Part shown: positions 1 through 14,226 of the stretch, one piece after another
Layout: each line of letters begins with the position of its first letter
Numbering within the stretch: the first letter of the stretch is position 1
Assembly: GCF_964204645.1 (NCBI RefSeq)
Contig: NC_134028.1
Span: 12,757,263 to 12,821,262, forward strand
DNA from: Tubulanus polymorphus
Lineage: Eukaryota > Animalia > Nemertea
Direction: 5' to 3'
Length of the DNA: 64,000 nucleotides
Notes under the pieces: model-generated
Told to the model about the DNA's origin: nothing
The model's database searches: none
Seen by the model: the letters and a program-made list of their open reading frames with translations, nothing else
Made by a program: the position numbers and the translations under genes

Positions 1-27
1 TAAATGCATAATTTTTTTGCTAAATAA

Positions 28-448
28 ATGGCATCTGCAATTATAACTATCATAGGATCGGCAATTGTTAACGCTTTAGCATTTACTGGTGGTGGATATT
101 TATCTAAGCATATTGATAAAAATGGTTCATTGTCAGAAATAAAGACATAATTTAGCATTAGAGAAATACAATAAAGCAGCAGAAGAATATAGAGAAAAGA
201 GACAAAACTATATGGATTATATTAACAAGGAATTATATGATCAGAAGATTTCACATAGAGATTTTCAATCAGTTGATGATGCAATGAGTTTATATAACGC
301 AGTAACCAATAAAGAAAAATTACATCTATACAAACCTAAATTATCAGATTATTATACCCCAAGTAAAGAACAACAGAAATATGAAATAATTTGGATTTTA
401 GGTGGAACTGTTATTGTTATATTTGTAGCATATAAATTTACTAATTAG
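28..448 (+). pseudogene. Small membrane protein (MASAIITIIG...), frameshifted
   Basis: Homolog of intact 27967..28389 and 61544..61966; 421 nt versus 423 nt, shift near 138. Confidence 0.85.
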
Positions 449-467
449 TAATTTCTTTTCTAAATAA

Positions 468-902
468 ATGGATGATAAAGTTGATAATATTGATATAATT
501 CCTCATGATATAAATAAAACTAAATTAGAATTATATTTGGAAAAACAAAAATTAGAATTTGAAAGTGACTTAAAAATAAAAAAGAAAAAATATTTAAAAA
601 GTAAAATTATATATTATTTTATTATCAGTGGTTCAGTTACAATTAGTTCTGTAATAACATTTTTAGTAATATTCAGTCCATTAACACCTTTAGCTATATC
701 AATTTGCGTGCTAGGATTATCATCAAGTGTTTTAACTGGTATAAGTTCAAAATTAAATATAAAAAGTAATAAAGAAAAAATCAAAACTAGTACAAAAGAA
801 ATTAATAAATAAAAAAATACACTAGATTATATAATAAGTTTAAATGGAAATATTACAGTTGAAGAACAAGATAAATTATTAAAAGAATTAATAAATTATT
901 AA
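468..902 (+). pseudogene. Two-TM membrane protein with premature stop at 810-812
   Basis: Homolog of 27512..27946 (144 aa); homology continues past the TAA to 902. Confidence 0.85.
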
Positions 903-918
903 TTTTTTAATTATATAA

Positions 919-2224
919 ATGGGGTTTCCAAAAGCTTTCCAATATAATAAATCAATTAAATATAATATCCCTGCAATAGATTTTAATAAAGATATTTCAT
1001 GTAGAAATGAAGTTTTAGATTCATTAATTGATTTAGAAATTTATGTTACTGAAACTAATAATTTTAATGTTAAAATGGAAAATATATTTCATGTGTATAC
1101 AATTAATTTTAAAAATTCAAATGAGGCAAAACAATGGTTATTAAAATCTAATATGAAATATTGTCAGAACCAATTAAATTTTGCAGTTTATTGTGCAACA
1201 ACAGGGTGCGGTATTAGTTGGAATAGATCATTTAGATAAACCAAGTTTACCATTGATGTTATCACTTTTTAGATTTCATACATATTTTCAAATAAAATTA
1301 ATATTAGATGAATTAGAATGTTCTTTACCAGGTTCAAAATACTTTAATGAACTAAATAATAATATTAATTTTTCTAAGTTTTATAAAATATGTAATGAAT
1401 TTAATATTAATTCAAATAATGATTTTAGATCAAAAATTGGAACATTGGGTGGATTAGGAATATTATATACTAAAGAATTTGGAAAAATAATGACAAATAC
1501 AGATATAAGAACACTAAATTGGAATGAATTACCAAAATATTGTAATAATATACAACAACAAAATAATAATGGTTGGATTAATTTCATTTTAGAAAATAGT
1601 GAAGGTTTTACAAAATCAGGCATACAAAGAATAAATCAATCAATTAGAACTTATTTGATTTGTATTTTAGGTGCGCAAGTTGAAACAAGATCACCAATAG
1701 TTGGAAATGATAACACTTCATTTGATGCGCAGAAACAATTCAAAGTATTATTTGAAGATTCCATTCATAATGATAAAAATAGATCGATTCCAGAAAACAT
1801 TGTAAGATATCAAAATTATTTAGATAAATCACATATTAGATTAAATTATTGTATAGGCCCTAATCTATTAATTATTTCTAATGATTTAGTATTAAAGATG
1901 GGAAATATAATTGGTTATAATAATCTAATTAAAACTGCAACAATAAATAATTCATTTGGATCGAATGATATAAATAAAAAGATAATTATTGCTCCAAAAT
2001 TAATGGAAGGTGAAAAAAATAAAAAACATATTCAATCAACAGAAACTAAAACTAAGAATATTAAATTAAATAATGATTCTAAAATAAAAGATTACAATAC
2101 TACAGAAAATATTCAACATGATATAATTAAAACTAATAATGACAATAAATCCCATGAAAATGCTAAATTAGCTATAACTAGTTTAGGAATTGTAATAGGA
2201 GGAATATTATATTTTAAATTTTAA
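919..2224 (+). pseudogene. Conserved Polinton-module protein (MGFPKAF..., ~430 aa, C-terminal TM), frameshifted near 1223
   Basis: ORFs 919..1239 and 1181..2224 join into the homolog of 26176..27495 and 59764..61073. Confidence 0.8.
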
Positions 2225-2240
2225 TTTTTATAAGATATAA

Positions 2241-3561
2241 ATGGAAGTAGAAGGTGGAGAAAAGTATGAAATGGAAAACATGGGAAATAATTATGATGGG
2301 TATATTGATGATGATCCAGGTTTTAATGAAACTAATATTGATAATGACGTTAAAACATCATATAATTCTAATTTAGCAGAGAGTGGTTCTAAAGGACCAT
2401 CAACAGATGAATTAGATAGAAGAACTAAATCGAGAATGAATTCTGAAAATGAAAATCCAGATTTAGTAAAACAAAATCCAGAATATAATGAATATATTCA
2501 TAATTTTAAACCTATATTTGAAAGATCTGGGTATGATATCAATGATAGAGGTGCTAGACTTTTAGTACAAGAATTAAAATCATTAGATGGTGAATATTAC
2601 TATCATTTGAAAGATGATTATTATATTAATATCACTTATAAAAATCAAGATAAAATATTAGCAGAGTCAACTTTGCTTAAGTTAGACCCATCTAGAATTA
2701 AAAGAATAAGTAATAGAAATGAAATAGAAAATGTAACATAAGAAGAAATAAATGAAAATAAAAGAGTATTTAAAGAAAGAATTAATGAATTATTTGAAAC
2801 AATCAATGATAATTTAGAACCAGAAAGAACTTCTGAACAGAATATAACTTCCAAAACTAGTAAACTTAAATCAAATAAAGTACCAATTGAAAAACTTTTA
2901 CCAAATGGATTACTTGATGCAACAGATCAAGAATTAGAAGATTTAGATATATTTTCTGATAAAGCAATAATAAATTTATTGAAGAAATCGAATTTAAAAA
3001 AAGAAATGCATATTTAGAAAAAGAAAAACATGATTTAGAATATAATATAGAATTTAAGAAAGAAGAAATTAAATTATTATTAAAATCATATGATTATAAT
3101 ATTAATAGATTAAAAGTTTAAAATTTTTAAAAATTTGTTGATCAAACCAAATTCTGAAATATCATTTAAAGATAGAATAAAATTATTATTTGAATTAGAA
3201 GGTATAACAATTCTTTCAATTCTAACAGCTGTAACTATGGTATTCACAACAATAGGTTTACCTATATCAAATTAATTGAAATCTACACCTACTCCTAAAA
3301 AACCTGATAAACCTTCGAGTAATAATAATTCTATACAGGATAAAGTTAAGGATGGTGTAAAGAAATTAGCAAAATATCTATGGGAACTATCTAAAAAATC
3401 TGCTGCAGCATTACCCGGAAATTATTGCATCAATTGTTGGTTTTATATTGAAATCTGCAGAGAATATTATTAACTTTGCTGCTGAACATATTATTTTATT
3501 TTTAATTACAGTTGTAATTGCAATTATTTTTGGGTTAGTGAATATGATAAAAAATAGATAA
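2241..3561 (+). pseudogene. Coiled-coil protein with hydrophobic C-terminus, disrupted
   Basis: Homolog of intact 24697..26160; stops, a deletion near 2970 and a frameshift near 3420. Confidence 0.85.
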
Positions 3562-3580
3562 TTAATTTTTTGTTAAATAA

Positions 3581-4739
3581 ATGAGTGGGAGTTATATAAA
3601 TCCTTCTAAGAATTCAAGAATATCTAATGCTATTAAAGCAGAACGATCTCATCATATAATTACTCATAATCATTCTAATATTAATCCTGATGAAACTTTA
3701 TATGTTAGAAACCCGAGATTAACACAAAATACTCTTTATGTTCCAAATAGTATTAATTTATCAGCTGATATAAATGTAACTGGTAATAATAATAATTATG
3801 TTGTCGATAATGTTTGAAGATATTTGATTAGAAAATAGAAATAATATGATATTTCAAGGCATCCAATCAGAAAATCAAAATAAATTAAGATCAGGAGCTA
3901 ATGACGCAATAGTAACTCGTACCGCAGATAATTTGATTAAAAAGATTTATGGAAGCAAATATCAAATTCCATTAGATTTTGAATTGATAAATAATAATGC
4001 ACCTTTTTATAAATACGCAATTCAAGAAGATATTATATTTGAGATAACTTTTGCTCCTGTTAATGAAATTGTATTATCAAGTGTAATAAAAGATATGGGT
4101 TATAAATTATCGAATATATGTTTAGAATATGATACAGTAACTGATGAAAATATTGCTAACACAATTCAAACTCAGTACAATCAAGGATTTTCATTATTAT
4201 ATGATTATATTGATAAATTTAAAACTGTAACTATTAATGCAAATGATGAAATAATTAATGAGAATATTAACTTCCCAAGAAGATCTATTAAAGGTATATT
4301 AATATTTTCTACCATTGCAACATATTCTAATGGCGCAATACAGGTCGATAATTATTATAATCCTGAAATAATAAAAGTAGAAATAAATATCGAAGGAATA
4401 GCAAATAAGATATTTTGTCAAGGAATGAGAATGATAGATACGTGGCCAGAAATTAGAAAATATTTTATGAATGAAAAAGTAAAATCATCTGAAAATTGTA
4501 ATATTAATCAAATTGATTATTATACAGGTAATAAATACGCACTATGGTTAGATTTTAGAACAACAGAGGATGATAACTTATTACATGGTTCTGGGAAAAA
4601 ACTACAGAACACTAAAGATGGAATACAATTATTCATGACAAAGAAAAAAGGAAGCTTAAATTTCAAAATGCACATTTATATTATATCTGACGCGCAATTA
4701 AATATTGTAAATTCTCAATTAAATAGTGTTATGTATTAG
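3581..4739 (+). pseudogene. Major capsid protein (double jelly-roll, inferred), disrupted
   Basis: THN.SNINPDETLYVR N-terminus and ISDAQLNI C-terminus typical of Maverick-type MCPs; stop at 3815-3817 and ~90-bp deletion near 3830 versus E2. Confidence 0.8.
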
Positions 4740-4771
4740 AATTTTAATTTTAATAAAACTTTTTATAATAA

Positions 4772-5921
4772 ATGGAAGGAGGAATATATGAAATACAAAG
4801 TCCAAGTGAAATGATACAAGATATATATTATATAATACCTTATGATGAATACAGTAATTATTTTGGAGAATACTTTAATCAATTCAAATATAGAATAAGT
4901 AAAATAGATAATAATATTGAACCTAAAATAGAAGATAATATTGAACCTCAAATAGAAGATAATATTGAATCTAAAATAGAAGATAATGTTATACCTTCTA
5001 CATCGAATGATGATAAGATTGAACCTGATATCAAAACCAAAAAGACAAATGAAAAATATTGTGACGTATGTAAACAGTATAAAAGTTATAAGAATTTGGC
5101 AACTCATCTTAATTCACTCAAGCATAAGAAAAATAAGAATAAGACTATAAATGAATTTAATGATCATAGTGAAATTGATAATGATAATGTTAAAGAAGAT
5201 AAATATTGTGAAGAATGTGATAAATATACAAGTCGTAGTAATTTTTCAAAGCATAAATTAACTCAAATACATTTGGATAATGTAGAAAGAAATATATGTG
5301 AAAAGTGTAATGTTGTTGTATTACCTAAAGATAAAATTAAACATGATAATTCTATTGAACATACAATAAAAGCTATTGATTCAAAACGCCTTTATAGAGT
5401 ACCAAGTGTATTTTTTGATGTCGAAAATAATAATCATAGGAAATTATATAGATCAATTTTTATCGATTATGTAAGAAATAATCCAAAACAAGTATTATCA
5501 GATATAGAAACTAATTGGACACATATAAAAACATTTCCAGGTGATTATTCAGGTATACATTATTTCATAAAATCTAAAAATACAGATTTTTTTACAGAAT
5601 TGAAAAAGGTTGCTGCTAATGATAATTATGATAATAAAAGTGATAACTTTGATGAAATAATTCAATATTACAGTTATGAAGATTTTTCACAGGATGTTAT
5701 AAATGAAATGATAAATGATGCAAAAAAATAAATATAAAAATATAAGTGAAGACAAATTAAACCAATATATTTATTTAACTTATGAATTGTATGCTAAGAA
5801 TTTGAATGCTGTTGATGGTTATCATACTAAACTATTAGGTGAATTTGAAGGTAATAGAAAATCACAAGAATTAAAAGACGCACGGCTCAAATTGTTTTTA
5901 GAATTAGAATCGAAAAAGTAA
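4772..5921 (+). pseudogene. Multi-C2H2 zinc-finger protein with KIEDNIE repeats; frameshift near 5725
   Basis: CDVC..H..H, CEEC..H..H and CEKC..H..H motifs; homolog at 22201..23397. Confidence 0.75.
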
Positions 5922-5941
5922 TTTAAAATATGAATATAATA

Positions 5942-6650
5942 CCCCTTATGTCTTTATTGTCTTTAGTACTTTTAGTACATAAAGAATAAATCTTTATATT
6001 ATAAGTAGTGAATAAAATTATTTTTAAGATAACTAAACTACTAAAGAGATAAAGACATAAATATATATATTACTGTTTCAATAATTATATTTATTCATCT
6101 GATGGATTTTATATATTACTGTTTCAATAATAATATTTGTTTATCACACATATTTATTATATATTACTGTTTCAATAATGATAAATATCATAGATTTATC
6201 ATATATAAAAATTATTTATATATTTATTTTTCTATGTTCTAATAAAATAAAGATATATTCTTTATGTACTAAAAGTACTAAAAGTACTAAAGATAATAAA
6301 GACATAACAAACACACATAGATTTATTATATATATTTTATTCAGTAATAAATATCATAGATTTATTTATCTCACAGATTTATTATATATATTTGATTCAG
6401 TAATGATAAATCTATGTGTGTTTGTTATGTCTCTATTGTCTTTATTGTCTTAAGTAGTTTAGTAGTTTTAAAAATAATTTTATTTTTAAAGTATTGATAT
6501 AATAAAGATATATTCTTTATGTACTAAAAGTACTAAAAGTACTAAAGATAATAAAGACATAAAAAATACACATAAATTTATAATATATATTTTATTCAGT
6601 AATAAATATCATAGATTTATTTATCTCACAGATTTATTATATATATTTGA
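5942..6650. repeat. AT-rich nested inverted/direct repeat region
   Basis: Units such as GTACTAAAAGTACTAAAGATAATAAAGACATAA in both orientations; homologous to 21553..22166. Confidence 0.85.
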
Positions 6651-6728
6651 GTAATTAGGAAATGGCGTTTTCAGATCAGAGGTCGAAGGTCGACCACTCA
6701 TCACCACAAGTAATTTTTTTCCTAATAA

Positions 6729-7055
6729 ATGGAAGATAGAAAAGCATTCTTAGCAACAATATATAACAGAATAAAACCAGCAAAAAAACAATTTGAAATA
6801 AAAAAGTTAATTGATGTTACAAAAGAAATTGAACATAAAATATTGAAATTAGAAAAGATAAAAACTAAATATGGAGAGAAAGTATCAGCGAATTTAAGTT
6901 ACTGTAATGTTAGTACATCGCGAGAATTTAAAGTATTTTTACCTGATAAATGGGTTTCATTGAGTACAGAGGAATTAAAAGATTTAGAAGGATTTAAAAT
7001 AATCTATCATGAAAAAAGTGAAGACGGTCATCATGATTTAGAAATTGTTGATTAA
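6729..7055 (+). CDS. Small Polinton-associated protein, possibly OB-fold/ssDNA-binding
   Basis: Intact 108 aa; TKYG.K...FLP..W..LS.EEL...GHH pattern shared with 29785..30138 and 52730..53056; function is inference. Confidence 0.65.
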   Translation: MEDRKAFLATIYNRIKPAKKQFEIKKLIDVTKEIEHKILKLEKIKTKYGEKVSANLSYCNVSTSREFKVFLPDKWVSLSTEELKDLEGFKIIYHEKSEDGHHDLEIVD

Positions 7056-7124
7056 ATAAAAATCTATAAAATGTAATAGGCCCTATATCATTTATAAAAA
7101 TATATTAATGCAATTGATATAATG

Positions 7125-7700
7125 TATTTATATACATGTATCTACCCTAGATACACTTTTTTCCAAAATACTAGCTTAGTCAGAATCAACATGGTTGACT
7201 GGCGGCCATTTTTGTTTGCTGAAATCAGCATTTTTTACTTATTTTTGAAGTTTTCAAGGGAAATATTGAGGACACTCTGCTTGATCTATCAGATTGCATT
7301 CCTGAAGGGTGCGTCAGCATGAGAGAGATTTTGGGTCAATCGGATGCAACATGGCCGTCCTGAGTTTCAAGGTCACATGAGCAATTGTAATTTAAAACAT
7401 AACCAATACATATTCTTCAGATTATTCTCGGGTCGAAATTCAATATTATGATGTAGTGCAAAGTTGCAGATTATGTCCCTATGAACATGTACATCAAGTT
7501 TTACAGGGATGCATTATTCATCATGGCCACCAGGCAGTGCTAAATATCAATGGTTGAAATTAACCGTAATAACTTTTGAAAGCAGTTTAGTATTACTAGT
7601 ATATCATAAAGAATATATAAAGTTTAAAGGTCATACCTTTTTCGATATGCTGCCAGGCTGAGGCGATGTTTAATATACATACAATATAATAGTGCACTTC
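7125..7700 (+). repeat. Interspersed host repeat (family also at ~41510-42140, ~49340-50320, ~51240-51310)
   Basis: Shared TGTATCTACCCTAGA...ATGG..GACTGGC.GCCATT segments. Confidence 0.6.
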
Positions 7701-8461
7701 CCGAGTTTCAATGTCACAATTTTGATATCCCTACCCAGGTAGCTTACTTTCAAAAAGGTTAATTTAAATAGCTCAAGTACCTGAACAAGTAGTGCCTCCC
7801 ACTTTGACTGTGCACGTATGTTTTATATAATTTGACGGGTCATGTATTCAAATTGGTCAATTAAGGGAAAAAATGATACCTTGTTTCTCCGCTCTACCTA
7901 GCTTAAAGTTAATTTACCCTGCAGCCTATCTACCCAGTACATTATTTTTCTAATCACTATCAGGCATACAATTATAGACCCTGCAGCTATAGAAATGAAC
8001 TGATTACAAATTTTATTGGAATTTACACTATTTCCCGGCAGCTGCAGAGAAACTAAGTATCATTTTTTAACCTAAACCAAATATAGAAATGAATGAATTT
8101 TCTTTCTTTTAATAGGCAGAATGAAAACACGAAGGCGCTGGTCATCGGAAGAAGATAAAATATTTCATACGATCTTGCATTCGTTTCAACAGAATGCCTA
8201 ATCGTGAACTTTTGGACGAAGCCACTAAAATGCTGACAAAGAAAATTATAAAAAAGAGAAAGATTCCAAATAAACTTATAATGATGTATAATCCAAGTGT
8301 TTGTGTTAAATTCACACGCTTTACCCAAATATCGATTTGATTTTTCTAGGAACCGTATACACATTAGACTGCGCTAAACTTGGATAATTTCCTAATTATT
8401 GATGTATAGACAAACATGAGATCAAAATTGAACTGATCCCGATTAGCCAATGATAACAATT

Positions 8462-8536
8462 GAAACCTATTCAATTCTCAACCCCTTCTGACAAAGTTTG
8501 ATTTAAACTTTGTCAGATGGGGTTGATATAGGTTTC
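8462..8536. repeat. Imperfect palindrome (~75 bp)
   Basis: TCAACCCC.TCTGACAAAGTTT / AAACTTTGTCAGA.GGGGTTGA plus outer GAAACCTAT/ATAGGTTTC. Confidence 0.7.
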
Positions 8537-11500
8537 GATAATACAAGACATAGTGGAATTAGGATTAAGGCCTACGTGTATGCGCAAGCACTCTTCGATT
8601 TTGAAGGATAAACTACATGTATATTGATGACTATGCTGAGTTGATTTTGTAATTTGGTGAATTCAAAGGAAGGAACAGTGCAGGAACATCCTCACATTGC
8701 CAAACGTTTCCATGTGGATATGCAGCGGCACTTGAATATGCCATATTACATGAATCCATACATCCCTTCCATTCTCTTGGATTATGCCAATGCAGTACCG
8801 TGAAAACAGAAAAAAAAATTATTTCACAGGAAACCACTTAGAATGGTCTATTAAAGTCTTCCATATGGGTATCGGAATGTATAAGTTTGATATAAGACCA
8901 TATTTGACCCAATAGATCGGCACAATCATGTATCATGTGATATATATTAGTTACTACAGAAAACCAACTGTTTGATGGACCCAACAGATAGGTACAAATA
9001 TCAAAAGAAATATATTAGTTATTACTGAGGGCCCCAATATGTCTGTTTAATATTATCTCATAAACTCAACAGTTTGAAACGGGGGAAATCTTATGATATG
9101 AAATGAGAGACTACGTAGAAAAAACCAGTGCCTGTGGCTACTAGTCGACAATTTCTAAATTAATTTTCCTGTGCGATTTGGTTTCGTCCAATTGAGAGAC
9201 TACTTTTTTCAGTAGGGCATTTTTTGGATCACATCACTGGAAATTGGCTTGTGCTTTTGGGCCCCTTCGTTGGTTATCTACAAATGTTTCATATAAGCTA
9301 TCGACCACAATGCTGACACCGTGATGGTCAGAAACTGACCAATTGAGATATGATCCCCGAGTCTGAACGATTCAGACTTCGAATATCGGAAATTTCTCAA
9401 GCCATGTTTGTTTACAAACTACCAAGTATTCATCATTGCAAATTCATAAGCTGACCAACACTGACCACTACTGACGAATTACAATTTCACGAACATGAGA
9501 ACGATATACCGCGTTTGGTGTGAAACTAGAAAAGATTCGCCATTGAAGATTCATAAATTGACCATTGACCACCAATGACCAATTCAAAAAGAATAAGATC
9601 ACAATACAATGATTTACCCCCACTTTCATCCAATCAGCACGATACCATTTAATTGAATCATTAAACGCATTGGGCTTCTGATATTTGAAATCATTTGTTA
9701 CAATGAAGTTGATCCTAAGACTTGATCACCTGCGCTACAGAAAACGTACATTGTCAAGACGAAATTTTAAGATTGTAAAATCCGATTAGGTGATCATCAT
9801 TATGACGACAGCTCCATCACTGTAATTCTTAAGAGATTAGAACCACTTCTGGGTCGTCACTACAATTGAACTTTGACTCGAAATAATGTTTAATTTACTA
9901 ATTTGAATAAGCAGTTCAAACTTGGGACTCATAAGGTGATGACCCAATAGACATGTACATAATGTTTCCGCAGTTTGAGGCACCCAATAAGTCTGTTAAA
10001 TCTATGGAATATATAATTTTTAGTATGAAACCATATAGGTCCCAATAGGTAAGTAAAGTCTACCATATGAATATATATAAAATTATGTACCGTACAGTAA
10101 TATCAGGATACACAGCCGACATCGGGGATTCGTGATTAAATATTCACATCTTAGATGAATTCTAGAGGCCATAAGAGCTAATTTTGACCACTTTGACCAA
10201 TTTTCTAGAGGCCATAAGAGCTAATTTTTTTAAAAATACATTTTCTTTTCTTCCAAATTTCCTAGATCCGCCTGGTAATGAAAATGTCATCTTAGGTACC
10301 GGGTATACGATTGATACTATTGAGTCAAAACTTCATCAAAATCGAAAAAAATGGTTCAATTGGATCGAAGATTTAGATTTGTTTAAATCCGTTTACTGGG
10401 CAACTTTCATGAAAAAAACCTGCCTGGTTCAGTGCGGCCGCCTACCGTAAACACTTGTTTTTCTGGTCATTCCACCTGATGATGGCTGTGGTTTCATAGT
10501 AATAAATTTGATCGTATAATTTTAAATTTGAAGTGTAGGATTTCTTCATTTATCTACAGTATACACGGATTATAGTGTTTATTCGACATCTATTAAGCAA
10601 TCCTTTAGCTCAGTGGTTATTATTGTGGCGTTTCACTGTCAAAGGGCTATGCTTACAACAACTTAAATTGGACAGCTCATATATGACCAAACTCAAACTT
10701 GTTTTTGTTGCATGTGGCCCGTACACAGAAAATCCCAACTGCTTTAAATGTCACCGTATTTGTGCCTCAGAACAAAATGCTGCTGTTTGCAATTCGGACT
10801 AATTTGATACTCCCCCCCCCCTTAAATGCAGAATAACATTTACTATGGCGTCTTGGGTTATTCAATTATTGGTGCGGCATGTCGCTTTACGGTCGCAGGT
10901 GGCACGTCCCTGATCGAGTAGCTAGGCGTTCGCGTTCGGTATTTTTGAAAAGCGTCGGCGGTTTGCGAGGCCGGTGGTGTATCGGAGGGTGCGAGGCTGG
11001 TGGTGTATCGGGGGTGTATGGAGATGACTATTACAAAGGAAACACACCGTTCTGTTGGTCTCGAAATCATATACCGGGTACCCGATATACCGGTATGCTA
11101 TTTAAGTTTTATACAAGACCCAATAAGGACTGTCGTGCCCCCGAATTTTTCTGCTGGTGCTTGAGTCCCAGGTCTCAAATGGTCGTTCTATCTATCATGT
11201 GGAATGGCATGCAATGGGCTATAACACATTGAAAACCCAATATTCGAGGGACTGTGTGTGTATGTGTGTGTGTGTGTGTAATGGTCCTATGGATCAGTTT
11301 CGTATAAAAACATGACCCACTAATACTGTATCAGATTAGTTTGGAGTATGTATTTGTTACGAAAGCGTCGACTTATTTCGCAATATCCGAGTCTAAATTC
11401 ATTTATTTGTCTATCCATTAATAAATCAGCCATACCTTTTTCATCAAAATGAACAATACATGAAACAGCATATTTGTATAACAAAATCGTCAACCCGTCG

Positions 11501-12655
11501 CATAACGAAGGCCTGGTAGGATACTTCGTAAGATGAATCTGGCTCGATGATATCGATATTATTGATGATATTGCACTTATTTCAAGGGATTTCTGCTACT
11601 TTCATCTAATTTAAAGCTATCGCGACTACGGATACATGATCCTATCAACAAATCATATTATAAGAGAGCATTACTTCAATATTTGCACTTTATGCACTTA
11701 TCCAGATGTTAGAATTTAACGAAAAATGAAAGAAGGCAATAATGTACTCACAATAATTGTTGCATTTCTCCATTGCACACAGTAAAATTTTGTAAATTTG
11801 TTGGAAAAAAATAATGTTTAATCATTATAGGTTTATACACTTCCCATGGTTACTGGTTTTAAACTGACAAGTCTGTGGTCCTCTTGAATCAGTAAAAAGT
11901 ATCAACTGTGAGCACTGTTAGTACTGTGAGCATTTGGACTCTAGAATTGTTCCAGATTGTATTAAAAAATCAGCGATGAATGAATCAAAACTGCAATGGA
12001 ATCACGTTGCAGCCAATTCGGTACCGTCACAAGAATAGAGCGGCTACCCAGATTTCCTGGATCCAGATACCTGCACGTTCGATATAGTCAAATTTTCTTA
12101 AAGCGGGTGAAAAAACTAATTAATCCGACTGAACCAGCATCTATTTCGGCTTCAAGCTGGGATAGACCGATTCGAATTGAGCAAGCTTTGACTACTAACG
12201 ATGACCAATGAAAAACGAAATAGAAGAAAAAGAAAGCAGAAAAGTTACGATCTAAAAAATTATCACTCCATTTAATTGCAAAATAATATTTCCGTATAAA
12301 ATATGGCCTCAAACAATGAAACAGCATCAGGATAAAGGGGTAACACTAAAGTATATAGGCTACATATATCTGCATGACACACCTCCAAAGTGAGATACAA
12401 TTGGGATGCAGATTTTCGGATGCAGTTCCGGCCGCATCTTTAAAGCAATTGCGTGATGGAACGGCCAATCGGCGCGCACCATTGTATGCAAACGTCACGA
12501 TATGATTTTTCTTACGTGACAAATTTAGCCTGAACTAACAATTTGTGAATTCTCAGCAATCTTGCATTATGTGTCAGCGGCATTTTATTTAGATTACCCA
12601 AGCCCAAAATTAACTAGTTCATCAATAATCATGTCGTTGGTCTAAGGATCTCTAA

Positions 12656-13435
12656 GGGGCCGTGCATAAAGTACGTACGTCCGTAGGGGGGTGGGGGGTT
12701 CTTAAAATCCGTACAAAAGCGTACAGGGGGACGGGAGGGGTCAGCTAAAAACGTACATACTTTCCAAGGGGGGAGGGTTAATATTAATAGTACGTACTTT
12801 GTGCACGAAACATAATGTGAATTTCACAAATATCCTCGTTTGCCGACGATCCTAAGTGTGTCTAGTGAAAATAAAATGAATATATTACTTGAAGTTTGTT
12901 GGATTATTTTTTCACATTGGACTGTTTGGGGTTCGATCATAAGCCGTAGCTGTCGCTAATTGCTCATTTAAACATCCACTGTTGTTTCAACATTGGTACT
13001 CTTTTTTTAATAAAGAGTACCAATGTTGAAAGTTTATTTTTATTGTGATCATTATTTTAATATAAACATCTATGTCTGTGGGTAACCTGTCTTCCTTTAA
13101 TGTACAGCAAACACTGCCTTAATTGCGAAACCGGTCTCCCTGGGTTTGTTGCATTCAATATATTATATTTGGATCTCGGGAATTCCCCACTTTCAGTCTT
13201 TCATTTCGTCGCCATGGAAGATCGTTGATCAACGTCAGCAGGAACCCTGTTGAATCAGGGTGGATTTTGCCTTCTTTAAACCATTATTCCTGAAAATTCT
13301 GTTTTACTGGGGGGGGGTTACCCCTAAAAGTATGTACGCAAGGGGGGGTTATAAAAAACGTACAATGAGCGTACAAGGGGGGAGGGGGGTTAAAAATACC
13401 CGGAAGTCAAGCGTACGTACTTTATGCACGGCCCC
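12656..13435. mobile_element. PIF/Harbinger-like MITE
   Basis: 24-bp TIR GGGGCCGTGCATAAAGTACGTACG at both ends, TAA duplicated on both flanks; internal palindrome at 12985-13031. Confidence 0.85.
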
Positions 13436-13843
13436 TAAGGCTAAGATAATGATACCATCTTTCCTTTTAAATTGGCCGAGTAATTTTGTAAACTGCAATA
13501 GAATATGTAATCTGTTCATTTCTATTGCTGCCGGGTCTGTTATGGTTAGCTTGATGATGATTCAACGGAAATTTAATATTTTTTTTGTAATACAAAATTT
13601 TAGGTGTGAAAGGGTTAAAGACCCAAAGGGATTACGGGGACAGGCCCAAAAAATCGGTCTGAAAGGAAAAGTCATTTTCATAAAGGGAAAGCAATACATC
13701 GACTAACTGAAGTGATACATCGTCTCGATCTTCAGGTGGTTTTATACCGATTTGACTTTCATTGGTAGCTCAAAAACATGCCCTTCTACTAGGGCCCGAT
13801 TTGCAGGTCTCATATGTAAGTCCCGTTAAGTGGGCGTTTTTAA

Positions 13844-14012
<169 letters not shown>

Positions 14013-14226
14013 GACATTTTCAGCGTCCCTTTTTAGGTTTTATTTGGATTTCGATACGTTCTGGAAATGTTATAAGATTCCTTTGACAACTTTCATTTAA
14101 CGTTGTAGTGAAATGTTGATTTAACAGCTAAAAGACTTAACAAATGGATGTTATACAAACGTTCTGGTAACTTTTTATTCAAACGTTACAATGTTGTAAT
14201 TAAACCTTCTTATAACGTCCATTTAA

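Larger units (their letters stand above)
1..7070 (+). mobile_element. Polinton/Maverick-like endogenous virus, copy E1 (partial, decayed; extends left of window)
   Basis: Capsid-module genes collinear with and near-identical to E2 (22200-28390, reverse) and E3 (57036-61966, reverse); multiple stops, frameshifts and deletions. Confidence 0.9.

Noticed and set aside
6178-6453. 91-aa ORF also seen at 21631..21915
   Set aside because: Lies in low-complexity foldback repeats, lacks the TAAATG start, C-termini differ; similarity explained by DNA repeat identity
7100-12650. Host protein-coding exons
   Set aside because: Short ORFs with no recognisable domains in repeat-like sequence; small exons cannot be excluded without RNA data
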